A stretch of 64,000 bases of DNA, from contig NW_024704742.1 in the NCBI RefSeq assembly GCF_018977255.1, positions 53,694,001 to 53,758,000 of the forward strand. Reading direction: 5' to 3'. Shown here piece after piece: positions 39,186 to 52,000 of this stretch. The notes under the pieces are model-generated. The model did no database searches and was not told the origin of the DNA. It saw nothing but the letters and a program-made list of their open reading frames with translations. Each line of letters starts with the position of its first letter. Position 1 is the stretch's first letter. This DNA comes from Callorhinchus milii. Taxonomy: Eukaryota. The position numbers were made by a program, and so were the translations under genes.

Positions 39186-39552
39186 TTTTTGGGCAGCCGG
39201 GTGTCTGACACATGCCCATCACCGTGCCCATTAAGGGATTTCCATGCATTCCATGCATTCTACACATGGAAATCCCAGAGATAGATTGTTGGAATGGAAT
39301 GCACACTCTCTCCCGGAGGGATCCATCCTGCTTACCTAATTCCAGAAAGTATTAGGCGCAGGTTGGCAAGAACCAAGGCTTGGGGACCCAAAAGTGTGGG
39401 TTGGGGTACTGCTGAAGTCTAGCCAGCTAAAACAGCGCAGCTTGCCATTGATAACACTGGCCGGCAAGCTTTCTCACTGCTTGTCCAACTGGGTTCACCC
39501 TACCCATTAGGCTTTCGCTTGCAAAGTTAACAGGAGCTGAGTGGGATAACTT
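39186..39552 (-). repeat. Copy of the unassigned hairpin-rich repeat
   Basis: tttttgggcagccgggtgtctgacacatgc start; ggttggcaagaaccaaggcttgg; gttaacaggagctgagtggg. Confidence 0.85.
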
Positions 39553-40588
39553 CCTATATCTAGTAGCTTAATACCTCAAACTGCATGTAGTGTCAGGAGC
39601 AACAACAAGATTTACATTTTAGGAGCAAGACTCTTCTTCAGTTTTTCTAGGCTCTATCCCATTATATTGTTTGTCTGATGGCAAACATGCAGTGTAAGCA
39701 CAGCCTGCCTCAACCACCTCTTTGGTAATCCATTCCAGTTGTAAATCACCCACTTTCTCAATCCCAATTTAAAATCTTAGATACCATTACAAAGAACCCT
39801 CTGAAATGTCTCCTTGTCCAAGACTGGAGAGCCCTAGCCTGTCATATATCTGATCATAGTCTTGTTGCTTTAACACTGGAGATCATCCTTGTTGCTCTCC
39901 TTTGCACTGTCTCTAATTTCATGCTCATCTTAAAAAATACTAATAGGATAAAACTTACTTTCACGGATCATTTCCAGAAGAAAGCTTCTCAACAATTTAT
40001 CATTGCACCTCAAGTCAAAGAATAAAATCTGCACTAATTCAGCATTCAGTTGATTAATCTGAATATGCCCAATATTTGGAATACATTTAACACTCATTCT
40101 TTATGTCTAAATAAATATATTTATTAATTCACATACTATTGTCCCCAATATTATTTATAGTATTCAGTATGTTTTGTAGATATTATTGAATAGAAAATGC
40201 ATGAATATTTCAAAACGTATAAATCTTACAGAGAAGTTATATGGGGACTTTATAGACCCAATAAAAACGACGACCAATTTCTCCACAGCAGTTATTTTAC
40301 ATGCCCTTGCTTAAAACATTGATGACTGTGAGAGTGTAGTAGGATATAGGTTGATGGTTAATGTTTTCGCGCATGATAAATTTGCTAAGTTCATGTTCCC
40401 TAACAGAGGGAGATGTTGAGAGGAAGCCAAGATCTATCTTATAGAAAGCACAAGAAGCTCAAAGAGAATCAACTCTGGGCTGTTCTAGTTAAATGCAACT
40501 GACTGCTCCTTATACAGGAAAATTAGCAGATGTCTGTCAGAAGGTCTCTTGTCTGTAACCCGTAGAAACAACTTCTACAATTGGTGTA

Positions 40589-41122
40589 TTTTTTTATCAC
40601 CAAGATGTTTGACACAAGCAGAAATTCATCACAATGCTCAAGATTATCCCAACTAAACTGAGAGTTCCACATATGTATGCCACTTACATGTGGAAACGTG
40701 CCTGTGTCTGGAATGGAATGTGTACTTTCTCCCTGGAGTCACATATCCTGCTTACTTAATTCCAGAAACTTTTAGACATAGGTTGGTAAGAGCCATAGCC
40801 ATTGACCCCAGATTGAATGTTGGGGTTACTCCTGGAATTTAATTACCTAAAAATACCTTTGAGGTTGCAATTGAAAGCACTGTCTGGAAACCTTCCCACT
40901 GTTTGTCTAGCATGGACCACTTTACCCATTAGGAGTTTGGCTTATAGGGTTAATAATAGAATTCCTGCCCCCAGTGATCAGTCTTCCTCTCCAAGTCTTG
41001 CCACCAAGCCAGGCTGGCTGGTTTGTCATCAGCAGTGCTTTAGATTACCACGGACCCGGCTGGCTTAGTAACTGGACTATCGAGACTTCAATAGAGGGTT
41101 GACTCAATTCTAACATTCAGGT
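40589..41122 (-). repeat. Copy of the unassigned hairpin-rich repeat, ~335 bp into the intron after the 102-nt exon
   Basis: Collinear with the 19608, 39186 and 34575 copies. Confidence 0.85.
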
Positions 41123-41456
41123 GCTAAAGGGCAGGATAGATTTAAAAGTAAATAAAAAAGAGAAAGAATAAAATCACACAAATAAAGGCTGGGAAAGTTA
41201 ATGAATATTAAGGGAGCGTTTAAATTTATTTAAAAAAGCATTCTTGACCAAATCATAAAATAAAATATTTTTAAAAATATATATACTTAACAAACAAATG
41301 TATTTATTTTTAGACAATCGATCTGCAGATTTACCCTAGTGGTATTGAAAATTTTGAATTACAGTTTATTTAGATTTAGATGCCTATTTAACAAATAAGT
41401 TAAATAAGGGAAATTGTTCATTATATTTTTTCACTGCCTGGACAGTTCCTACTTAC

Positions 41457-41558
41457 CTTTCTTGACTGAATTTCTTTGACGTACAACGGAAGAAGGAACT
41501 CAGATTTGCCTTCCAGCCGAACACCCTGATTTGTGATTCTCAGGTTTCCCATCCCGTC
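41457..41558 (-). CDS. SGCZ: Zeta-sarcoglycan internal coding exon (102 nt, phase 0-0)
   Basis: Minus strand reads ttttcctttcctgtgattgcag|GACGGG...AGAAAG|gtaagt. It encodes [34 protein letters not shown], the post-transmembrane segment of gamma/delta/zeta sarcoglycans. [12 protein letters not shown] fits the zeta paralog as I recall it (delta has FLQPLYAKEI, gamma FLFPLYAKEI). Confidence 0.95.
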
Positions 41559-44500
41559 CTGCAATCACAGGAAAGGAAAACATTTTATTTGAAAAATATG
41601 AGCATTACAAAACCCAGACAAATAAAAGACTACCGTTTCTTTGATAAATCATGTCTTGAACAAATAGTTTAAAGATTGCATGTAGATTATTATTACTCCC
41701 TGCCTCAATCTCTCCACCTTACCCCTTCTTTATCTGACTTCAAATCGCACCTGAAGAATTTTCACTTCGACCATATTTATAGTAACTTCCCTTCTCTCCT
41801 TGACTTGTGGTCAAACTCCCCATTATTCAGCACTCCACACAATATGAAGGACGCTGAATAAATATAAGTTATTGTTGTTATTATCCCTAGTGACAAGCTA
41901 GATGTTAATTGTGGGTAAGTAACTCTTCAATCTGTCCCTTGCCCTATCTGCTGTCCATTCTAAACCAGTTGCAGCTACATACTTACTGAGGCTGTTCAAA
42001 AAATATTCTGTGTGTTGCAAGAGATAAGTGTTCGTAAGCCCTTCTGTTGTCAGAAATTAGATTCCTTCCAGGAAAGAAATCCTGTTTGCCAATGAAAAGC
42101 CAATTTGGAGCATGAAGGATGGCAGCAGAAACACAATTGCATTGTCTTCACTCCAATCACAAGATTTTAACGTTGATGTCTACAAACATTTTTATTTCCA
42201 GATTCCAGAACTAATCTCGTCAAAATATTGTGATTGCAAAGATTGTGATTGTATTAAGTTTTTCTCCCATGATTTGATTCTCACAGCATTACTCTTTTCT
42301 ACATTCTTCCTCCTCCTCCCCTAAAGTGCGATGACGGTTTATGCTGTTGTGTCGTTTATTTCCGCTTTTCTCCTCCCCTGAAAGTGTTTGATTCCCTATT
42401 ATTCCTCCAAATAGGGCTTGTTTTATATTGGTACCTAATCCAACTGACTGTTATTTATGTGTGAGCCTTGACTGTAAATATTGGCAGGCTGTTTGATTGT
42501 GGGAGACATCAAAGCCCATGCTATCCTCACTGAACATCTGCCCACTAACACTTTCAAGTAAGGATTAGGAATTGAAATCCTGGTCGATTTTCCTTCTTAA
42601 TACAGAGTTGCTACACCACATCTGGTTCTCTGGCTGAGACCAGCCAACTCAACACCAATTAACGTTTGAGCCTCATTTTAGCTTGATGCCTTAACTAGTC
42701 CGTCAGGGTGTTCCATTATCATTTCGGGATTGATATCATTAAGAATAATCTGTACACTGGTACAATTTGGGCTCTTTAAACTCAATAGATTTCTGACTTG
42801 GTACAAATGCCTGGCAAGCCTTTTTTCAATTATTTTTGCAAGCTATGGCTCAAATGCTATGGCTCAAGTTCCATCCAAACATAAAGTAACAATGCAGCAC
42901 TTTACTGCCAGCATCTGGGATATCAACCTATTTCAGATTGAAGGGCCACTCAAACATTCCTCTCCATGATCCATTACAACAATGGCCAGTGGTTAGTGGC
43001 TGGAACTGGTATGGTGGCAGCTGGTGAGGGTTCAGCTAGCTTTAAGCCAAACCATCATGCTGAGGTCAGAGACATACATGAGAACCTAGGAAAAGGAGGA
43101 GCCCATGGAGCATGCTTCAACAGTTTATTAGTTCTTGGTAAAATCTTTTAATCTCAATTCATTGTTCTTTTCATCCATTTACATCCACATTTATACCCCA
43201 AATCGGTTGAAAATTTTCAACTGAAATTCTTATGTTTCACAACATATTCAATGTGATATCACAGCGAATCTGTTCTGAAAGTCTTATTTTTCACCCCACT
43301 TCTGCGTGAAATCATCAAAATGCCACAGAACTCTCCGTTTCTTCTCCTCCTACCCCCAAACAAAACAAACTAATGAAATCATGGAATATCATTTTACAAA
43401 TCCACAGCCCTTTAAACAAAAAAAGGCAGTGGAATTAATCCAGTCCATTTTATACAGTCAGTGACTTACCTTCATGTATATTTTCCACCGTTAAAGAAAA
43501 CTAAAAGTCGTTTGGAAAACCTTTAGTGTGTCTTTCACACATTGCAATGCAATGATGCAATTGACTTTGATCTTTGCCTTTGTATCATGAAACAGCAACT
43601 GCATTATTTGGATGCAAAGTCATTGTGACAAAACTGCCTCCAGGAGATTAGTCTCTCTGCTGTTCTCTCTCATCAACAATTGAGCTATTATAACATCCTT
43701 TGAAAATGAAATAGTCAAAAGAACATGATAAATGTAGCATTGGACTATATTTCAAATACATATTTCTCCATAATGTGCAGCAAATTAAAATAGTATTTGT
43801 GATTAAGAGACAGCAATGGGTCAATGGAAGATATTGCATTCTGAAACTAGCCCAAGCTCCATCAGGTCTGGGAATACTTGATGGTGTGGAGCCAAAGAGT
43901 GGAAAACTAATCTACCCTTCAGTGCTGACATCAACCCCTTAAAATCCAACAAAACTCTATTTTTTAACAATGGAAGGTTAAATATTTTAAAGATGTACAT
44001 AGTTAAGTTATACTCCACCATGTTAATCAAGATGTTAAGGTTTGAATAGTAGAACATAAAAGAGGCTATCAGAATGGGCAGGAGGATGGCAAATTAAGTT
44101 TAATATAAGAAAATACAAAAAAAATCATTTTGACTGGAAAAGTACAGAAGCCGTCTATATGGTTGGAACCTAAGAGGAGTGGAGAAGCAAAGAGATCTGG
44201 GGTTTCCGAGTTCCAGTTCAGACTTGCTATTCTGTGATATCCTTGACAATGGAATAGCTTGCCTAAAGGATGGTCTGAGAGTTTTGAATGGATCTCACAG
44301 GAGACTGAATCCAGTGCAATTCACATCCACCTCATTTGCACGTGATGCTGCATGGGCACAAATCACTAGGCTCCTGTAAACACTTCTTGCAGGTGTTGCC
44401 AAATGCATGGATCCAGTGTGATTTGCAGTATACAAGATACCATATTTATTGCATGTTTGACAGTGAATAGCTGCCCAAACCGCACTGATCTACTACCAAA

Positions 44501-44903
44501 CATGCAGTATAAACGCAGCATTAACAACATCAATAACTAACATTATTCCTGCGCTGGTCAGCGGATCTCCACTGGGTTCCAGCTTGTGCAATTTCAGAGT
44601 CAGAAGTATAAATTAGATATATTATTTCTCATTGCTTTACAGTTAGAAAAGTGAAAAAATGGACAAACTAGGCACTTAGGAAAACATTAGCCATAATTTT
44701 TGTCTTTTGTATATTGCTCTTTAGAAGAACTGTTAACTGTTCATTTCAGAGACTATTTTATGGCTTAACAAATGGCCCTCACATAAATTCACTGCATAAA
44801 TTTCTCCAAACACTTAGACTTTTCACAGTAAATAATGGTTTATTCTACATTTATACCTCACTACAGCTAATCAGCCTCTGAAATGTTTCTCTCCCACATT
44901 TTC

Positions 44904-45256
44904 TTTTGGTCAGACAGCTGGCTGACATGTGGAAATCCGCCATCATGCATGCTTATGAGTATCCAAATAGCCTGAGAATTCCGTATATCTATGCCAGCTA
45001 TGCATGGAAATTTTGCTGTCTCTTTCTCCCTGGAGAGATGCAACTAATTCTTCCATACTTAATTACGGAGAGTATTAAACGTAGGAAGACAAAAGACAAG
45101 GTGTGGGGACCTCAGAGAATTCTTTGGAATACTGCTGGAGTTAAACCAACGAGAGATTACCACTTGACAAGCTCCTGCTGCTTGCCTCGTGACGATCGCC
45201 CTGCCAATTAGGCTTGGAGGTTAACCGAGCTGAGTGAGAATAATCCTGTTCCCAGT
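44904..45256 (-). repeat. Copy of the unassigned hairpin-rich repeat
   Basis: ttttggtcagacagctggctgacatg start; actgctggagttaaacc; gttaaccgagctgagtgagaa. Confidence 0.75.
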
Positions 45257-45338
45257 GTATATCATTGATTGTACTGATTGGAAATGTTTGATGAGGATGT
45301 GTAACAGTCAGATCTCCAGAGCAAGGCAGAGTTTCGAA

Positions 45339-45757
45339 GCTGCTGCCAAAAAAGCAGGGGAACTATAATTACAAATAATAAAAGTTGATAAGGTTACTTG
45401 GGCAGTAAAAACTGAGCATAAAAACGCACATCGACAGGACAAGGATTCCTGTAGCTCAGTGGTTAGAGCATTCTCCTCGCAAGCGACAGATCTGGGTTCA
45501 ATTCCCAGCAGGGCGAAACCTTGGGCAAGTTTCCTTACTCCACATGCCTGATAATAATCCCTCAAGTAAAAAACAATAATAATTTGGTCACTCAATCCAC
45601 GACTGTTTGGGGGACACTGTTGTACGCAATAGGCTGCTGCGTTTCGCCCACAAAATATACAGTTCATTCATTTTACAGTATATGCTGTGAAGCACTTTGA
45701 GACGACTGGAAGACATGAAAAGCGCTATATCAAATGGAAGGATTATTTTTATTATAA
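45339..45757 (+). mobile_element. Short tRNA-derived SINE with the same 5' extension as the 32231 copy
   Basis: A box tagctcagtgg; B box gttcaattcc; near-identical to 32231-32646 from the first base. Confidence 0.9.
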
Positions 45758-47324
45758 TCTTATTCAAAGCAGATTTTTATGAAATTTAGATAGACGCTTG
45801 AAAAAGAGGAATATTAAAAGATATTGGGAAGCACACAGGAATGTGGGATTAGACTATTAGATACCACATGTAAAGAAAAACACCAGTGCAGCTGGATGAG
45901 CCAAAAAGATTTGTTTGATGCTATAAAGTTTTGTGATGCTACAAGGAAGTTGAAATGGATATATATACTGTATGTAGCATCCTTGATATATTTTCCCAAA
46001 AATCTTAAGGGAAGAGATGAACTTTAGATTAGCCCCAAATAGCGAAGGGTGTCAACAAGGTTAGAAATTTTCAGTAACTTATACTAGGGTGACAATGTTT
46101 TGTAAACCAAATCCATATATTTGAAAACCCAAATACATATATTTAAAAAAATAAACTGACCACAATTCCTGCTGCTGGCAGCATTGGAGAAGCTTGTCAG
46201 ATTAATGGCTTTATTTCTCCGATAAGCGTATCTGATTTAGAATGCTATTATTTAGAACTTGCTCTATTTATTGCTGAACTCAAGACAGGGCAGGGTCAGG
46301 GACACAATATCTCAGACAGGAGGAAATCAGGACGTAAGATCACCCTATAATCACTCCACTCTCTGGTCCTCTCCACCTTTAGACCTTTCTTTTCAACCAC
46401 ATTTTTGGCCACTTACCTCCACCCCCAACCCCCAAATGTTGGCAAAAATAAAACTTCATATCCTGACTCTTATCTGAACAACATGAAAACTATTTTTTTA
46501 ATACATCTACTTGACCTGGATGCCCTTGATTTGAAGCTCCGCTTTAGCTACTGTTTTATACATGTTCCTCTGCACTGTCATTTCTAATGGTTTTTAGTGT
46601 TTATTTTATTGAAGCTATAGACGTAAGTATCTCATCTTTTTAGATACATTCAAAAAGTCATCTCCCATATGGTTGCATCTCAGCAGTGAATTTAGTTATA
46701 AGCCTGTTCAACTGAATTAAATCACCATCATTGTGCAGGGGAAACGAGTTACTTCAACTATTGGCTTAACATTCAACTTTTTTGTACCTTCTGTACCTAG
46801 AGATAATAACAATAATCCTTTCATATCCATAGCGCCATATCACATCTTCAAGACGTCTCAAAGCGCTTTATGGAATATATTGTAAAGTGAATTGACTGTA
46901 TATTTTGTAGGTAAAACGTGGCAGCCAATTCCGCCCAACAAGGATCACACTTTACTTAATTTAAAATCAAAGCAGATACACAGAAATCAAAATGTAATAC
47001 GTGCACCAATAAATTCATGTTAAATATAAAGGCTCCAAGGGCATGATTATATCTTAAATGTCAATCTATTGAATGGCACTCATTGGTGTTTCTATATGGT
47101 AGTGCACAACGTACCAACTTCTACATTTCTCATATGTTCTTATCAAAGTTCTCATTTCCTTCTCTCCCCTGTGGAACATTGAACTTCTGCTCAGTTCTCT
47201 CTCAAGAGCTTGAAAAGTAAGCTGATGAAAACTCATGTAATGAAAACAGGTTTGAATTAAATTCATAGGCAGAGCAGAACCGAACAGGTAGGAGTCAAAC
47301 ACTCAAAACTTTGCACTATAAGGC

Positions 47325-47600
47325 TATTTTAGTTTGCTTGCAAGCAAGACACCTGGGTTCAATTCCAGGCAGGGTGAAACCTTGGGAAAGTTTCCTTACG
47401 CCACATGCCACAAAACAATAATAAATTGGTCATTTTCAATCCACGACTATTTATGGGACACTGCTGTGTGCAATTGGCTGCCGCGTTTTGCCCACAAATG
47501 TACAGTCAATTCACTTTAGAGCATATTCTGTGAAGCGCTTTGAGACCTCTAGAAGACATGAAAAGCACTATATCAAATGCAAGGATTATTATTATTATAT
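47325..47600 (+). mobile_element. Short tRNA-derived SINE, missing the A-box end
   Basis: gacacctgggttcaattccaggcagggtgaaaccttggg..gcaaggattattattatt. Confidence 0.85.
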
Positions 47601-47624
47601 TTAGTACAATGTGCCAGGTTATTT

Positions 47625-48050
47625 GGTGTCAAAGGCCTACATTATGATGAAAAGGTGGAAAAACTTGGTTGTATTCCCTCGAGTTCAGGAGGTTGAGGAG
47701 TGATCTGATGGAGGTGTATAAAATTATAAAGGGATTTGACAAGCTGAACAGTGGAGCAACTATTTCCTCTGGCAAGAGAATTGAGAACTAGAGGCCGTAA
47801 TCTCAAATTTGAGCCTAAAGCGTTTAAAAGTGAAACAAGGAAACATTTTTTAATGCAGCGGGTGGTGGGAGTTTGGAATTCATTGCCCCAGAGGGACAAT
47901 GTGGAGGCAGAGTGAATTTAAGAATTTAAAAGGCAAATAGATAAATACCTGATCGACTGGGGTATCAAAGGATATGGAGAGAGAGTGGAGAGGTGGAATT
48001 GAGTTGTGGATTGGCCATGATCTTGGATAGTGGTGGGACAGGCTTGATGT
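47625..48050 (+). mobile_element. CR1 3' portion
   Basis: aggaggttgaggagtgatctgatggaggtgtataaaatt (RRLRSDLMEVYKI); tttttaatgcagcgggtggtg. Confidence 0.85.
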
Positions 48051-48469
48051 CCTTTTTTCTGAAAATACCTAATCGTAACAAGCTGATTTGGTCACAAAAA
48101 AAAGGAATAAAAAGGAACATTTATTTATTTTTCCTGTATCCTGGGATCCAGGTATTTGACTAAAATAGAAATAGACTGACATACAATAAAAGCCCACTCA
48201 ACCTTTCCCATCTCTTTTAATCCAATGTTTCCACCTTTTCTTCACATACTTAATGTTTTTACTTCTCAAGTATCTTGTCTATGTGTAAACACAACAAAGC
48301 AGTTCTATATTTATATCCTTCAGAGTTACATTAAAACATTCTACATTCTCACTACAATTTTTCATGAAAGATGTTTTATGATTTCACTCTCAACAGGCTT
48401 GACTCTAAATATAGGATCATGTCTCCCCTTTTCGAATCCTTCTACGAGAAGAATAAGTGGTTTCCTAAT

Positions 48470-49030
48470 CCTACAGTTGGTTCAGCTGGTAGCATTCTAG
48501 TCTCTGGGTCAGTGGGTTGTGGATTCAAGCCACACATCAGGATCTGAGTTCATAATCATGGCTAACACTGTTCGGAGTGTAATACTACAGCATTGGACAT
48601 GCTGTTTTTCAGATGAGATATTAAACTTGTAACAAAGGGCAAAGTACTGCAGATGCTGGAAATCTGGTACAAGCACAGAAGTCGCTAGGAACATGCAGCA
48701 TCCATGGAGAGAGGAAAATGAGTTAACGTTTTAGGTCAATGACCTTTCATACCCTGTCTATCTATTTATATGGACTTTAAAGATGCCAACAACAACAACA
48801 AATTACATTTGTATAGCGTCTTCCATGTTGGGAGGACGTCCCAAGGCACTGATGTCCAATAAAACCCCGCTCAATCCCAAGACACTAATTGAGAAGAGAA
48901 GAATGTTTCTCCCAGTTTCCATTCATCTCATGATTGTTTGATTATTAAAGTGATTATTCACTTTATGGTTGTAGTAATTACCTGTGAAGTGCTTGAGACA
49001 GCATAGTATGTTAGGACACTACGAAGTCCT
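48470..49030 (+). mobile_element. Long SINE carrying two insertions: a Penelope-like fragment (~48630-48750) and an L2 tail (-, ~48787-48850)
   Basis: The SINE body cagatgagatattaaac is interrupted and resumes at ccctgtct..aaagat, is interrupted again by aacaacaac..cccaaggcac, and resumes at atcccaagacactaatt. Confidence 0.65.
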
Positions 49031-52000
49031 TTCTTTCAGCTTCTCAATACCTGAATTCACATTCATGTTACTCTGACCCAATTCAAACTATCATGGTTTG
49101 AGGCCGTGGTTTTGCAGTCTGACATGACATACATGCTGAATATGTGCTCATGGCATATTTTCAATTGTCAAGTTCTTTGTGAACTCCTTTTCCTCTAAAT
49201 CCTTGCTCCTTTGTTTTAGCGAATAATAATCTCTTAAGGGGCTGGTTATCAAATTCTTTCTAAAAATTCAAACAGATGACAACCATCAATGTTTTAACTC
49301 TGTGAATCTGTAATAATAGTCACACTGTGAAGGTGCAAACAGACAATTCAAAAGCCAAGTCTGTGGCAACTGAATCGTAATGAAGTCAAATGTTGTCTCT
49401 TTTTAACATTTTGGAGATAAACTGTCGAGCTGTGACCTTCAAATCTACAATTTGTTAGGCAAAAATAGTACAGTTCTGTTTTGTGAAATTTTCTTCACGC
49501 ATAAGCATCCTTTTGATGAGCTTTTTATATGTAAAATATTAAAACTGGTGTCGCAGATTGAATTTGATTTGACCCATCAGCAGGGAATCAAAGCAAAATT
49601 AAACTAAGCAACAGCTGGCTCACTCATCCATTTCGATTGTGCAGCCTATAGTAAAACCAGATGTGGATTCCCTAAATATATTAGATCCTGATTGAAATTT
49701 ACATAAAGCTTATTGTTTGAATATGACAAATACATTTTGTTGTATGTAACAATTTCAGAAAGACACAGTCCATCCAGTCTAACTAGCCAATTTCCCACAA
49801 GATTCCTTCATTATCCAACAATAATCTTTGCATTTCATACAACACTTTGTCACACCGTTAAAATGGATCAAAGCACATCCCTATACACCGTATTGATTGT
49901 ATTTGTAGCAAATGTGGCAGGCAATTTTGTGCACAGCAATATCCAAATATTTTTGGTCAGCTGGGTGTCTGACACATGCAGAAATCCATCACCATCATCA
50001 TGTGAAAGAGTTTCCAAAGTAAACTGATAATAATAATAATAATAATCCTTACATTTGATACCGCTACTTACCACATCATATCTGATCTCCATTACATTGA
50101 CAATATAGCCCAGCATCCTGTTTTCCTTGTTTATTGCTGTTTCACACTGTTTTTACATGGTGAGTGATGAGTTAACTAACTCCTCTGGATCTCTTCAGCT
50201 TGCCCCCCTTGGGAGGTTCTATCCCCATCTATGCAGTACGTGTGCTTCCTATATGCAGTATCTGCAATTTTTGTGTTTTGAACTTCACTGAACGCTTGGA
50301 TGCTCCACTATAAAATGAGATCAATTTGAATTGATTCCAGTGAATTGATTACTCAGAGCAATCTAAAAAGGAACAATTGCAGATATCAATATGGAAGCAG
50401 AGACTTTTGGAAAATCCAGGTAAAATGAAAGACAGTAAATCGAACCTCAGCAAAAGTCCAGAATCAGAGGCACCAATCACCACCAGCTCAAGGTGGAAGC
50501 GTACAAGGAAAACACTGATCAAAGACATTTCCCAAAGACAAGAGAACCAACTACAAAAGAAAACCATGACAGTCCAAAGTTGAAGCTAGGCTAGTGAAGA
50601 CTGATCAAATACCTTACGCCACAGACAAACCATCTTCTAAATTTACAAGAAACTGTCAACCAGCAACTCATCCGCTGTCACCTTGTTTCTGTGAAGTGAC
50701 ACCTTAAGTAACAAAAACTTTGTGACACAGTAGCTCAGTAGCTTACAAAGCCTCATTCAGTAATTAGGTGCTAGAAAAGGGAAATATGGGACCCTTACAT
50801 CCAGATAAGTAACCAGCTCCAAACTAATTCTATATTCAGATAATTATATAGAGAAGGCTTGAAAAAATATCAGGAAATCTCAGGGATTTTCCTCCAAACT
50901 GATTCACGCAGGCAGACTCAGCTCAATAATATAATTCCTTCGGTTTTTCAACATTATTTTAATGCAGGCAATTGAATTAATGAATAGGATAAAACTCAAA
51001 ACCTGATAATTGTTCACACATCCTCAAAATGTTCTGCACTCTTAATGCAAGGATTATTATTATTATTAATGTCCCTTTGAAAGTTACATTCTTAAAGCTG
51101 CACAGAATATTGATATACAGCATATTCATATACATGAGACAACAAGCCTGTAAAACATTCTGCTCCTATGCATCAATTGACATCTACTGATGGTCTGTAA
51201 ATAGCTGGAATACCATTGGAATAAACAGAATATAAAACTGTGTAAGCACAGTTTAGAGTTGACAATTATTTGGCTGGTAAGAGCTGAAAGCTGATGTAAC
51301 TGAGACACCATCTTAATTCTGATTTTTTGTTTGGAAAATAAACACCCTCCCCATTAGACAAGAAAGATGACAACAACAACTACAAAAAACAACAAAATTA
51401 CATTTGTATAGTGCCTTTCACATTGGGAGGATGTCCCAAGGCACAGGACACACTTACTTTGGAATGTCAGTTACATCCGTTCTTTGAAACAAACACCAAA
51501 CTGATAGCTGAAGCAAACCATGGCTTACTTCTGTGCAGTAAACCAATTTGCATGTTAGTTAAAAATGCCATTTTAGCTTAGGATGGAAACAGATTAATTT
51601 GTTTGCTTTTGTGTTATAAATAGTCACAGTATATAAAAGAAACTACATACAAAGCTGTACAAAACTAACGGATTGCTGCAGAGAAATATACCTTTATTTT
51701 AGTCATTTAAAGTGCATTATATATGATGAAAGGAAGTCATTATTGGATGGTAAATAGATTTCTCTCACTTGGCTGCACTCACTAAAACACTACATAATTA
51801 GCATCTCATCAGAATTTATGTTATGGAAATTGCCTATATAATGTAGATATCCATTTTTCATTATTTACTAACTATGGCCCTAAGCTTTGAGGTACCAACA
51901 AATAAATGAGGTTATTCGTTACTTAGAAAATGCACCAGCCTTTGGTTGTCCGTACTTGTACAGGTAAATTTACCAACAAGTGGAGGATAATATGGGCCAA

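Larger units (their letters stand above)
13357..41456 (-). other. SGCZ: SGCZ intron, 28,100 bp, phase 0, GT-AG
   Basis: Lies between two exons whose peptides are contiguous in sarcoglycans (..SRK|DSPL..); gtaagt donor and ctcag acceptor. Confidence 0.9.

Noticed and set aside
43470..43500. 31-nt cryptic exon with a perfect AAG|GTAAGT donor
   Set aside because: Weak acceptor, frameshifting length and no sarcoglycan similarity.
47221..47250. CTGATGA...GAAA hammerhead-like motif
   Set aside because: The intervening sequence cannot form stem II.
50377..50583. Purine-rich 68-aa ORF, possible pseudogene
   Set aside because: No recognisable homology, splice context or poly-A; not supportable.
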